Shown here piece by piece: positions 51,829 through 63,120 of a DNA stretch of 64,000 nt. A program made the position numbers and the translations under genes. Positions within the stretch are counted from its first letter, which is position 1. Each line of letters opens with the position of its first letter. The stretch lies in the NCBI RefSeq assembly GCF_963921235.1, contig NC_086109.1:34970001-35034000 (forward strand). The letters run 5' to 3'. The notes under the pieces were generated by a model that was not told the DNA's origin, ran no database searches, and saw nothing but the letters and a program-made list of their open reading frames with translations. This DNA is from Mobula hypostoma. Lineage: Eukaryota.

Positions 51829-54811
51829 ATGGAGGTTGAGGAATTTATAAAGGCGCCGACCTTGGAGGCATTAGAGGATGCCAGGAAATCGGAATTGATA
51901 GCTGTGGCCAAACGGGTGAATCTTGCTAAGGTGAAGTCGACAATGAGGAGAGAGGAGATACACAGAGCTATTGTAGAGCACTATGTATCTAAAGGTGTGT
52001 TTCCCCAAGGTGAGCTGGGGGTGGTGTCTATTCAAAAACCTGCTGGAGACGCGGTACAGGTACAGCTTGAAAAACTGAGACTCGAGCACGAGTTCCGGGT
52101 ACGGCAGTTAGAACACGAAGAGAAGCAATTAGAAAGGCAGGAGAGAGAGTTAGAAAGGCAGGAGAAAGAGAGAGAGTTAGAAAGGCAGGAGAAAGAGAGA
52201 GAGTTAGAAAGGCGGGAGAAAGAGAGAGAGTTAGAAAGGCGGGAGAGAGAGAAAGAGTTAGAAAGGCAAGAGAGAGAGAAAGAGGTAGAAAGGCAAGAGA
52301 GAGAAAGACAGTTGGAGAGAGAAGAGAGAGAGAGGGTCAGACAGTTGGAGAGAGAGGAGAAACAGAGGGAAAGGGAATTTGAGCTGGAGAAGTTAAAGAT
52401 AAGGGCCGAGCAGGGGCTCGTGCCGAACCAAGGTGGAGGGTTCCGGGCGACCCAGGAGGTTAGGCTGGTTCCCCCATTTGACGATACCGATGTGGATCGG
52501 TACTTTCTCCATTTCGAAAAAGTGGCCATAAGTCAGGTCTGGCCAAAGGGATAAGTGGGTTGTTTTACTTCAGAGTGTACTGAAAGGGAAAGCCCAACAA
52601 GCTTACTCCGCTTTATCCGCGGAAGATGCCCAGAGGTATGAGGTGGTGAAAGAGGCCATCCTCAGGATTTATGAGTTGGTCCCGGAGGCATACCGTCAGA
52701 GGTTCCGGAATGCGAGGAAGCAGTGGGACTGCACATATTTGGAGTTTGCTCGTGAGATGCAAACATATTGTGAGCGTTGGTGCGCCTCGAAAGGGGTAGA
52801 GGGGGATTATGACAGACTGCTGCAACTGATTCTGATTGAGCAGTTTAAAGGTTGTGTCCCTGAGGGTATGAGACCCTACCTCGATGAGAAAGAGGCAGCC
52901 ACGTTAGCCGCAACTGCTAAGTTAGCGGATGAGTATGCGTTGACGCATAAAATGAAGTTTGCCCCGAGTAAAGGCTACCAGAAGGGTAGTCAGGACGGCG
53001 GGGAGAGTCCGCCGGAAAAGTCAGAAAGTAAGCCGGGGACTAGTGAAAAGGATAAGGTAGACCGGGAGCAGCCTGGTAGGAAGTCTCCTGGGGTCGTCTG
53101 TTATAATTGTGGGAAAGTCGGACACTTTGCGTCCAGGTGCTTTGCCCCAAGGAAGGAGACGGGGAAAGGAAAAGCGGAAATTTTGAATGGCTGTATTGAG
53201 CTGTTAAGCGAACCGCTAGGGAAGGACAGGTCTGAAAAAGTCCAGGAAGGGCGCGAGAGGTTTATCTCGGCCGGACTGGTGTCAGTGAAGGAGAGGTTAA
53301 AACCAGTTCCAGTGCGGATCTGGAGAGACACGGGAGCGTGTCAGTCACTAATACTGAAGAGTATATTAGAGTTTAGCTCAGAGACCCAGACTGGGGAGGT
53401 AGAGGTCAAAGGTGTTGGGGAAGGGACAGAGTCAGTCCCTTTGCACCAGATACACTTACAGAGCAACCTGGTCTCTGGACTAGTCACGATCGGGGTGAGG
53501 TCCGAATTACCGATGAAAGACGTGGAAGTCTTGCTCGGTAATGACATCGCCGGAGGAATCGTGTTCCCAGTCGTGAGATTGACGGGTCAGCCTGCCAGCA
53601 TGGATGCCCCGCCCGCGATGGTGAATTTGGCTGAAACATTTCTGCCAACCTTGTATGAGACAGGGTGTAGTGAGATAAGAGGTAGTGAGGGAGCTGGGAC
53701 GGACGTAGCAGTAGCCAGGAAAGAATTTGTGCAGACGCAGGAGCGAGACGAGGGGCTGATGGGTTTTGCAGAGACAGCTCTCTCTGACACAGCCTTGACA
53801 AGGGAACTAGTAGGCTATTGTGCGGATGAGGAAGTGCTAAGGAAGAAAGGGAAATCAAGGACAGTATCCGCAGATGAGGAGTGGGGGGTGGTGCAAAAGA
53901 GTTATGGGGATGAGGTTTTTAACATGGCCCACGAGGTACCCCCCGGTGGACATTTTGCGGTGCTGGAGGAAACAGTTGGTGGAATCATGAAAGAGATTTA
54001 CCGGCTGCCCAGGGGGAAGAATGTTATTGATCATGACCGACGCGAACTGAGACGGTCACCGGCTTTTGATATGCTAACAAACCTAGTCGGTGTTAGCGTG
54101 GAAATCAATGAAGCTAGGGGCCCCCTGCTAAGAGGAAAAAACCATTTTGAAAAGATTAGGATGGGATCGGTCAGATGGGAGAAGGCTATTGTTTTGGCCA
54201 GGTCTACTGATAAGGTCTCTCCCTTAATCCCCGAAGGAGTAATTAAACGACTCGCACCCATGTGTTTGATTGTCCCGAGGAAATGCAAAGAACTGGGACG
54301 TTGGGTGATTGTGGTTACAATAGGGCAGCCAAGTAAACAACACCCATATTTTTTGAGTAATTCAGTGACTAAAGGGCTGATGAACACAGAGGTGTGTATT
54401 GGCAATTTAATACGGCTGTCTGAAGCCAGTTTGATAGTGAACCTTGAAAAAAATGAATTCGGCCACACGAGGGTCACTTACCTGGGAATTGTGGTGACAC
54501 AGCGGCAGCTGGCAGCGATGCAAGCTACAGTGCAGGCTATCGCTGACCTCCCAACCCCGACAGACAAGAGGGCCCTCAGAAGGCTTTTGGAGATGGTGGG
54601 GTACTGCAGGAAGTTTTGCAATAACTCTGCGGTCAATACCCGTCCCCCTCCTACTAAGCCCTTGCGAGAGAAAACTGAGCCGGAATGGGACGACCCTTGT
54701 TGTTGTGGTCCGGGACAAAACCAAATGAGAGGTTACATTGGTCGCAATTCATCAGTGTTTTTGGCCACTATGAAGTTTGCTGAGTTGGAGCCTGGTCTAA
54801 GGGATTATTAA
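51829..54811 (+). CDS. Gag (coiled coil, SCAN-like capsid, CCHC) - aspartic protease - vestigial IN/RT/RH polyprotein; single +1 frameshift at 52545-52547
   Basis: ORFs 51829-52554 and 52643-54811 join into 993 aa if one A is removed (compare copy 1, WPRDKW); knuckle 53099-53140; DTG 53327-53335; no YxDD and no DDE core. Confidence 0.85.
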
Positions 54812-54970
54812 TAACACGTGTAAAAGGAACAGAAAATGTGATGACTGTCTGCCAAGGTGTGACAGCTTCAAACTCGCTGTGTTAGCCAAATGGCTGATAA
54901 AGATGTACATTGTGTATGTATCAAATAATGTAGTCATGTTTGTAATTTTTACCTCCCGGTAAAAATCCTT

Positions 54971-54982
54971 AAAGGGGGGAAG
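54971..54982 (+). promoter_or_regulatory. Polypurine tract, copy 2
   Basis: AAAGGGGGGAAG abutting the 3' LTR. Confidence 0.85.
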
Positions 54983-55842
54983 TGTTACGAGAATACACAT
55001 AAAATTAAGATGTTTGCTGGCCTGGGCTAGCATCAGTGGCATCAGCAGTTGGTCTGCCACCTGCCCTCAGGGGAAGGAGAGATAAGGAACAATGGAGCAG
55101 CGTCTGGAGATGTGTAATGAAGGGATGTGGGAGAGAGAGCTGTCTGGAGCGGCTCCCCCCTTTGAACCCTGAACTGTTTGAAGTGATGGACAGGCGATAC
55201 CCCAGCAGGGGGATAAAAAGGGACAGGTTCGCTAAGACGCACACACACGCCACCCGAGATAACGAGACCCTGGAAGCGGTGCGCCTCTCACGAGTGGGTG
55301 AGAAGTGCCAGACAACGACAAGGGTGGAAAGGTACGATCAGCGGGAACCCGATGTGTGTCCGCCCTTGCCTGGGTGCCGGGTTCACTGCAGAGGATCGAC
55401 CGCATCTGGAGGAGGGGTCACAGTCGGAGACCTCAGGTGACATCACCAAGGACCCGCCCAAATGCTGTTTGTGAGCCATCTCGCTGGTCTGTGAGTGAAG
55501 CCGTGTCTGAATGATCAGTTGTTCCTATTCTATGTCTCTCTTCCCCCACCTTGTCCATCGCCATGGCAACGATTACTGCGAACTGAACTACTAACTGGAC
55601 TGAACTTTGAGTCATTTTGAAATTGGTCATTTACCCCTAGACAACGATAGAGCTTGATTGATGCTGTTATCTTAATCCTGTGCACATGTGTGGTTATCAT
55701 TGTTGAATTGTTGCATTTATTATCCTTTCGATTACTGTGTTGCTTGTTTCTTTAATAAAACTTTCTTAGTTCTAGTACTCCAGACTCCAACTGAGTGATC
55801 CATTTCTGCTGGTTTGGCAACCCAGTTACGGGGTACGTAACA
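54983..55842 (+). repeat. 3' LTR, copy 2
   Basis: TG...CA direct repeat of the 5' LTR. Confidence 0.95.
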
Positions 55843-56124
55843 TAGGAAAATCATCCCTCTTGTATTTCTTGATATAATTACATAAAATTCTGTGTCATTT
55901 GACCCTCAAATGAAGATTGTCCCGATAGACTAACAGCTTTTATCTTGTGGGTGGTCCCTGAGGTGAGTCACTCATAGCAAGTTCCTCAGCCTCTGACTTA
56001 CTTTTATAAATGTGGTGTTTATATGGCTGGCCCTGTTGAGATTTGGGTAATGATGAAATCTCAGCATGACAAGAGACTTGGCTATTGTAATGGAATTGCA
56101 TAAGAAAGGCAGTTGGTTAGATCG

Positions 56125-56560
56125 ACACACACAAAAAACGTTGGTGAACGCAGAGGGCCAGGCAGCATCTATAGGAAGAGGTACAGTGAACATTTCAAGC
56201 CGAGACCCCTTGTCAGGACTAACTGAAAGAAGAGATAGTAAGAAATTTGTAAGTGGGAGGGGGAGGGGGAGATCCAAAATGATAGGAGAAGACAGGAGGG
56301 GGAGGGATGGAGCTAAGAGCCGGAAAGTTGATTGGCAAAAGGGATATATGAGGCCGGAGAAGGGAGAGGATCATGGGACAGGAGGACTAGGGAGAAAGAA
56401 AGGGGAAGGGGGGAAGCCCAGAGGATGGGCAAAGAGTATAGTGAGAGGGACAGAGGGAGAAAAAGGAGAGAGAAAAAATAATAATAATTAATAATAATAA
56501 AAAATAAATAACAGATGGGTTACAAAGGGGAGGTGGGGCATTAACGGAAGTTAGAGAAGT
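56125..56560 (-). mobile_element. Penelope 3' tail/pLTR
   Basis: Reverse complement of about 2980-3420; degenerate hammerhead at about 56185-56220. Confidence 0.85.
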
Positions 56561-57199
56561 TGGTTAGATGCTCATTTGGTCATTTACTGGCACTTTTGTA
56601 ACATCATTGTTTTTAATAATTATCATTCCATACCTGAATGTTTCTCGATCTTGCTCAAACGTTGTCTGTTGCTGCTTTATTTACTGCAAAGTTGCCTTGA
56701 ATTTAATCACATTAATTCAGTGGTGTTGCTTTGTTCTTCTAACCTCCAACTAATGCTGCTGTCTGTGATAATTACCAGTGGAACAGCACGATAGATGCAA
56801 ATAGTTTAGGCCATTGATTCCTGCTGTCTCATTTACATTAGCAATTTATCATGGAATTTGAAGCTAGTGGTGGAACATCCCAAGGAAGTCACTGCCAGCT
56901 GCACATTTTAGAGCGAATTCAAGTTATGACTACAGCAGCCATCACATTTGCAACATGACTTACAGTGTTTATTTATTTAGTGCAAATGAAAACGTAAGTA
57001 ATTCAAAAAGTTATTTGGTGAGACTGTCTGAATATGATATTTTAAATGATCTAAACTTAACTGAAAGGGTAAATTAATAAGGTAAATTATGATAAGAATT
57101 TGACACATCAGCATGACAGTTGGGAAAAGTGGCTGCATTTAATTAAGGCCATGAAGTTAACTTTTAGTTTACAGCATAATTTATGCAATCATATTCAAT

Positions 57200-58070
57200 C
57201 ATCCTCAGCTCGGTACTCTGCTCCCTATACACTCATGAGAGCGTAGCCACATTCTGCTCTAGTAGCCCAGTCTGCAGGTTTACAGATGATAACATCGCAG
57301 TGGGCTGTATCTTAAATAACTATGAGTCGGAGTGCAAGGAGGAGACAGAGAGCCTAATGACATGCTGTCATGAAAACAACTTCTAATGTCTGCTAACCAA
57401 AAGTGTTGGTCATTGACGTCCTGTTTATAGCAGTGATGCTGTGGTCAAGAAGTTTGAGAGCATTAAGTTCCCAGGATGAGCATCAACAATAGACTGTTCT
57501 GATCCAAACATGTAATCTCCACGGCCAGGAAAGCCAACCAGTGCCTCTACTTCCTCAAAAGGTTGAAGAAATTTTTCATGTCTCCTTTGACCCCCGCCAA
57601 TGTTTATTGATGCACCACAGCCTGACATGGCAACTGCTTCCCATTGTGACTGCAAGAGAATTGTGAACACAGATCAGCCTCACCTCTATAGGCTCTATCT
57701 ACACTTCTCATTGCCTTGGTAAAGCAGCTGGTATAATCAAAGACTCAACCAAATTCTCTCTACTACCTCCCCCCCAAGGGGCAGAATATCGAAGATCCAG
57801 AAAGTATGTTGTACCAGACTCAAGGACATTTTCTATCCCACTATTGTAAGTCTACTAAACAGTTCCCAAGTATGATAAAATGGCCTCTCAACTTCAAAAT
57901 CAACCTCCGTATGACCTTACACTTTCTTTACCTGCAACCACTTTCTTTGTAACTGTTTCATGATATACTGCACTCTGTTCCTGTTTTATCTCATACTAGT
58001 TCAATGCACTATTGCAATGAATTGATCAGCACGGGCAGTACACATGACAGGTTTTACACTATCTCTGTAA
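57200..58070 (+). mobile_element. Old Rex1/Babar-like LINE fragment
   Basis: LCSLYTHE..CRFTDDNIAVGCI (FADD-like); RLYFLKRLKKF-like segment. Confidence 0.65.
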
Positions 58071-58304
58071 TCCAAATCTGTCATGTGATTTTACAATGTA
58101 AACAACTTTGATACCCTCTCTAAGGTTCTGATGATTTTATGTCTGATGATCCTGGTAATGTTATTAGTGAAAAATAGTCAACTCCATGCTACAGATATGG
58201 CTGAAGACAAAAGAAAAGGTGATTCCCTGCTTTCCCCTACCCACACTCCCATTCTTGGAATAGAGAAGGATTTTGTCAGGAATTTATAGGCCTGTCGTTC
58301 TTAC

Positions 58305-58594
58305 TTCACTTGTCGGATTTCCCTCTCTGTTTTCTTTCTTAACAAGAGTAGCAATTGAATAAAATATGACTGGGAATTGCTCCAACAGCTTTTTGCCAAT
58401 TGTCATCCATTCTGGGATTTCCCATTGGAAATAATGCCTGGTGTAACGAATATTAATATTGCAGTTTGCCTTGCTTGCTATTACTGAGATAGTAATATTT
58501 CTGTAAGTATCTCTGTAGTGTGAAATTATTCCACTTAGGGATTTCAGAAAGGCTTTAAAACACAAATCATGAAACCAATGAAAGAGTATCACTT
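58305..58594 (-). CDS. Candidate 290-nt exon of the host gene
   Basis: ttatttcag acceptor, GAA|gtaaga donor; 96 open codons VILFHWFHDLCFKAFLKS...HYFQWEIPEWMTIGKKLLEQFP...; phase 1 to 0; internal alternative acceptor at 58437. Confidence 0.5.
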
Positions 58595-58672
58595 CTGAAA
58601 TAATCAAATTTTTCAGTGGTAATGTTAGGAGGATCTGTTTGTCACACAGAATAAGCAGACAAATTCCATGTA

Positions 58673-60340
58673 CAGGTTTCCCCCACCAACCGAAGGTAGA
58701 GCATTCCAATGAAACAGTTCGTAAACCAGAATATCGTAAAGTGAAGAAGCAATTACCATTTATTTATATGGGAAAAATTTGTGAGCATTCGCAGACCCAA
58801 AAAATAACCTACCAAATCATGCCAAATAGCACATAAAACCTAAAATAACAGAAACATATAGTAAAAGCAGGAATGATATGATAAGCACACAGCCAGTATA
58901 AAGTAGAAATACTTTTCCACAATCATTGCCGCACTATTCTCCGTAGTGAAAATCTCACGCAAGCGCTCTCGGCAGAAGCACAGTGCAAGCGCTCTCAGCA
59001 GAAACAACCTCTCCAGTAACCTTTAAGCTATGAAGCTGCCAAATCATACCAAATAACACATAAAAATACACAGCCTATATAAAGTAGAAATAATGTATGT
59101 ACAATGTAGTATCACTTACGGGAATCGGGAAGACAGCACCGAGCACACTGATGATGGTGTGTTAGTATTAGTCGTCGGAGGCTGGGTTGGTGCAGTGGAC
59201 CCCAACCTCCGGGCAGCGAACTGATACACTGCCGCGAAGCATGCAGTGGTGCAGCGGTAGCCGGGACGCACCCAGCACATCTTTAAGAAAAAAGCCGAAA
59301 TAATCAAGCTAATTAATTAGGTGCCGCCCAGCACGTAAATGTTGGCCCAGATCAGAGGCGACGCAAACGGCAATCGCCTCTGATCTGGGTTGACATTTAC
59401 GTGCCGGGCGGCACCTAATTAATTAGCTTGTTTATTTCGGCTTTTTTCTTAAAGATGAGCTGAGTGCGTCCCGGCTATCGCTGCATTCTCCGCGGCAATG
59501 TATCGGTCCGCGGTCCGGGGGTTGGGGTGGTGGGACACTAGGGTGTCATCTCATCGTCGTCTGTTTCCATCAGGGCAGGCAGGTCATCTTCTTCTGTGTC
59601 TGCCTACCTGGATGTCGAAGGTCAAGGTTCGTTGTCTGCTGTGGCTGATGCGGAAGGCTTGAAAAACGACAGTATGCTTGACTGCTTAGCCTCACGCATT
59701 TTTCTATCATACAGTTCTTTGTAAGCCCTCAAACCATCCTGCAAATATGCCCTAAAGCTACATACCCTTTCAAAATTAAAGTAGAACTTTTCTGCAATCA
59801 TTGCAGCGAAAATCTCATGCAGTTGCTTCATGTTCAGTTCCTGGACAACTTCACTTTTGGTCCATTCGCTACTGCATTCGGTTTCGATTGTTATCCTTTC
59901 CTGTTCCAATTGCATCAGCTCTTCATCTATCAGTTCTTGGTCATGGGATGCCAAAACCTCTTCAACATCATCTTCGTTATCTTCCACAAACCAAACTCAC
60001 TTTGTCCTTACTTAGCTCACCACGATCAAAACGCTTAATTTTTTCTAGTTTTATGCTAAGTGTAACACCCTTACGAGCTCTTTTAGGCTTTTCTGATACC
60101 TTAGAACTCATTTTGCTAACAGCTGCTCACAGGCACGTGTTTAAGCAATGCCGGCTAGAATGCAGTTCCGAATCCGGGGGAGGAGCTTGGCTGCTCGGGG
60201 TGCGCACTGCCTTTTATCGCGCGCTGCCTTTTATCGTATCAGTGAAAACACCTTCTGTTAGCGAAAACAGGTAACTAATGTAGGTCTTTTGTAACAGTGA
60301 GGTTTCGTAAAGCGAACGTTCGAAATGCGGGAGACACCTG
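58673..60340 (-). mobile_element. Internally deleted Tigger/pogo DNA transposon
   Basis: TA duplication (58671-58672 and 60341-60342); TIR-like CAGGT.TC.CCC ends; N-terminus MSSKVSEKPKRARKGVTLSIKLEKIKRFDRGE from 60111 abuts the C-terminal piece 59622-59987 ending KQSSILSFF; no DDE domain. Confidence 0.85.
59193..59540. repeat. Long palindrome / hAT-like MITE inside the Tigger element
   Basis: Arms about 59200-59361 and 59374-59527 are reverse complements; the left end CAGTGGACCCCAACC resembles the hAT TIR at 47466. Confidence 0.85.
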
Positions 60341-60616
60341 TACATATAAATGTATGCACGTTTTTAAGCAAGAATGCAAAAAGTTTCTTTCAATGCGAAA
60401 ATGTAGAGGTAAAAATGGTGACTAAGTTTTAAAGAAAATACTAACACTTCTGCTACTGAAGGTGTTATTTTTATCCATTGAATCTCATTCCTTTAGAAAA
60501 AAAATCAATATCTATATTTTCAATATTTTTAGAAGCATTCTTCAAAGTTTCTTTCTTTATATTTTTTCTCTCATTCCCATGTGAGACCCAGTCCTTCTTT
60601 CCCTTCGTATACAATG

Positions 60617-60617
<1 letters not shown>

Positions 60618-60666
<49 letters not shown>
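60618..60666. repeat. (TG)24 microsatellite
   Basis: Pure TG run. Confidence 0.98.
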
Positions 60667-60667
<1 letters not shown>

Positions 60668-62564
60668 TATATATATAAAATGAGAAATACATACTCTAAG
60701 TTTTACTTCTTGCTGGATGTCACAGATGGACTATGGAAAGTGGCCAAATTTCAATGTTCATCTAAAAATTCAGGGATGTGGTCTAGATCCTGCTAAAACT
60801 ATGTCAAGCATAAACTCCTGCATTGCGATTGACCACGAAATTGTGACCTTCATCCCCTTATATGGTTCAGTGGCAAGTTTTATTTGGAAGTTACTTCAAT
60901 AAAGTCCTTGAAACACTTACCATATCTATTATGCTTTGTGATTACAAGTTGTCATTATTAAGTGTACACTTAACTCGTGCCAGAACCTGAGGACTGTTCA
61001 GGTTTGAGCATTCTTACAGATGGACGAAGAAGAATTTGAAATATCAGCGTAAAACAGATAACTGGATACATTTCTAAAAACGACACTTGTTAAATTGGTA
61101 TCAGCCACAGAGTAAAGCAGATTGTACCTAAGTAGTTGGGTTGATTTATTATGACTAAGCAGTTAAACACCTATAAATCTAATTTTCTCTTATGCAGCAA
61201 GCAGTGGAGTGAGTGAATCAATTTCAATTCATTTCAGGTGTCCAAATAGTTCCACTAAAAGCTTGATTTTACTTGGCAATTGAGTAGCATTATCGGACTT
61301 CACAAATACAGCTTCATGGAATCACATAGCATGGAAACATCTCCTTTGGACCATTATATTAATGCCACCATCAATGGTTATCCATACTAATCCAGATTCC
61401 CAGTACTCAGCGTATTACCCTCTCCATGTCATGAATTTCAAATACTTACAGTATCTAAATGCTTACTAAATGTTATGCGAGTATGTCTCTCCACAGCCCC
61501 TCCAGCAGTGAATTCCAGTTTTCTACTACCCTCAGGATGGAAAACTATTCTTCCTCAGTGTTTCTCTATTGGCTTTCAAACAGCTATCATTCCTTCTGTC
61601 ACATCCAGAGTCATAGCCATGAAAAATTTCTCTGCAGCATCTCTCTATCAATCTTTTTAGTTGATGTAGGACATTGTATCATTAATGTTCTCTCACACGG
61701 AGGCAGAATCTATATTGCCTGAGTGTGATGGCCCAAGGATCCATTTGTTTGCATTCAAATGTATTTATTCCTGCCCTCCCATATCCAAATCTTGTTCCTC
61801 AGATCACAGCCTCAATGTGTTGCTGCTGGATAAAGCTCGGCTTTAATTCCTTCTGCTTCACCTCCAGCTGTGGATCTTTCAGGCATGGCACCCGTACTTT
61901 TTCTTATTGTCTTCCACGGCTCTGTCTCATTGTTGCAAGGTTGAGTAGAGCATTCTTGAGTAGGAGATTTTTTAAGAAGCTGTTGGTAAAAAATGCACGA
62001 TCAATGCTGACATCTCATTAGAATAGTTTATAGATTTATAGGACATTGTAACCAATGTAATAAGGTCACTTGTTAGCAAATAGCTTTATAATGACAATGA
62101 AAGGCCTTTTTTTTTGCCCATCTTCCTCAACTTCACAACCCCGGTTCAAGAAAAGACAGTGTTCTGATGCTGGTGTCAGCTTTAATTTCTTATCTGTTCC
62201 ATGTCACCCTTGATTACCCTATGGCCTAAATTTTTATTCTTCTCTGAAACTACCAAATCTTGTCAACCTATTCTTGTAGATCTGTCAGCACATTATGTAC
62301 ATTCAACTCAAACTTTATAATGGTCTTTTTTTAAAATCAAAGTCTAAATGCAACTAAATGATTTTTATTTTGATTTAAAAAGAATGTGGGAGGACTATAT
62401 TTGAATGCAGTTTTATTTCAACCTATTTGGGTATCATTGATCATGATAGACTAGCTGTGATTTTTTTTCTACTGCACAAAATTATCTCAATAAATACTTC
62501 ATTATAACATTGATAAGAATAGCATGATGATGTATACTGTAACTGATGTGTAAAATTGAGTTAC

Positions 62565-62670
62565 CTTGAAGATAGATTTCATGCATTCTGTCATTCTCTT
62601 TGTGAGACTCTAACCTCAAAGTCACAAGAAGTAGAACTTCTCTGCTTCTGAGAATACTGTCATATAGCTC
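62565..62670 (-). CDS. Candidate 106-nt exon of the host gene
   Basis: ttttattttctcaaag acceptor, AAG|gtaact donor; ELYDSILRSREVLLLVTLRLESHKENDRMHEIYLQ; phase 0 to 1, compatible with 58305-58594. Confidence 0.5.
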
Positions 62671-63120
62671 CTTTGAGAAAATAAAATGACAAATGACATA
62701 AATGGAATCATGTAGTGCAAATAATTTACAGAACATAATGCTATAATTATTACAGTGAGTCTGGAAAAGCATTAGTCTAAATAAATATTTTGTTTTTATT
62801 GGTCGCAGTTCTGTGTTGATAAAGTAGAGCTTTGAATTGTTAATGAGCAGCAAGACCATCACAGTCTGGTGAGCCAGCAATATGTTCACCAATCTGTCCT
62901 GAACCTCATCTCTTCCTGAATCACAATGGGAGGGTATTACTATCTTGGGAACTGGGCATCAGTCCCATTAGTGGAACTGGCTGGGCATTTATACATCTGA
63001 CAAGAGCAAAACACCAAAGCCAAAACTAAGCCTGTACACTGAACATGCTTGCTTCTTATATATTTCCACTTTTCTCCTGAATCAGGTTTGCAAAATTTTT
63101 CTTCATTTTTTTAACCCATG

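Larger units (their letters stand above)
50869..55842 (+). mobile_element. Gmr1-like LTR retrotransposon, non-autonomous provirus, copy 2 (younger)
   Basis: LTRs 50869-51729 and 54983-55842 differ by about 5 substitutions and 2 small indels (counted by eye); TGTTACG...CGTAACA ends; PBS 51734-51759; PPT 54971-54982. Confidence 0.95.

Noticed and set aside
52032..52529. Ser/Leu-rich antisense ORF (also 7400-7762)
   Set aside because: It is the antisense shadow of the purine-rich Gag repeat
56066..56491. ORFs reading AGQAASIGR..SGRDPSSGLTE (also 3031-3438, 9547-9753, 17227-17502)
   Set aside because: These are antisense translations of the Penelope pLTR and tail, not a gene family
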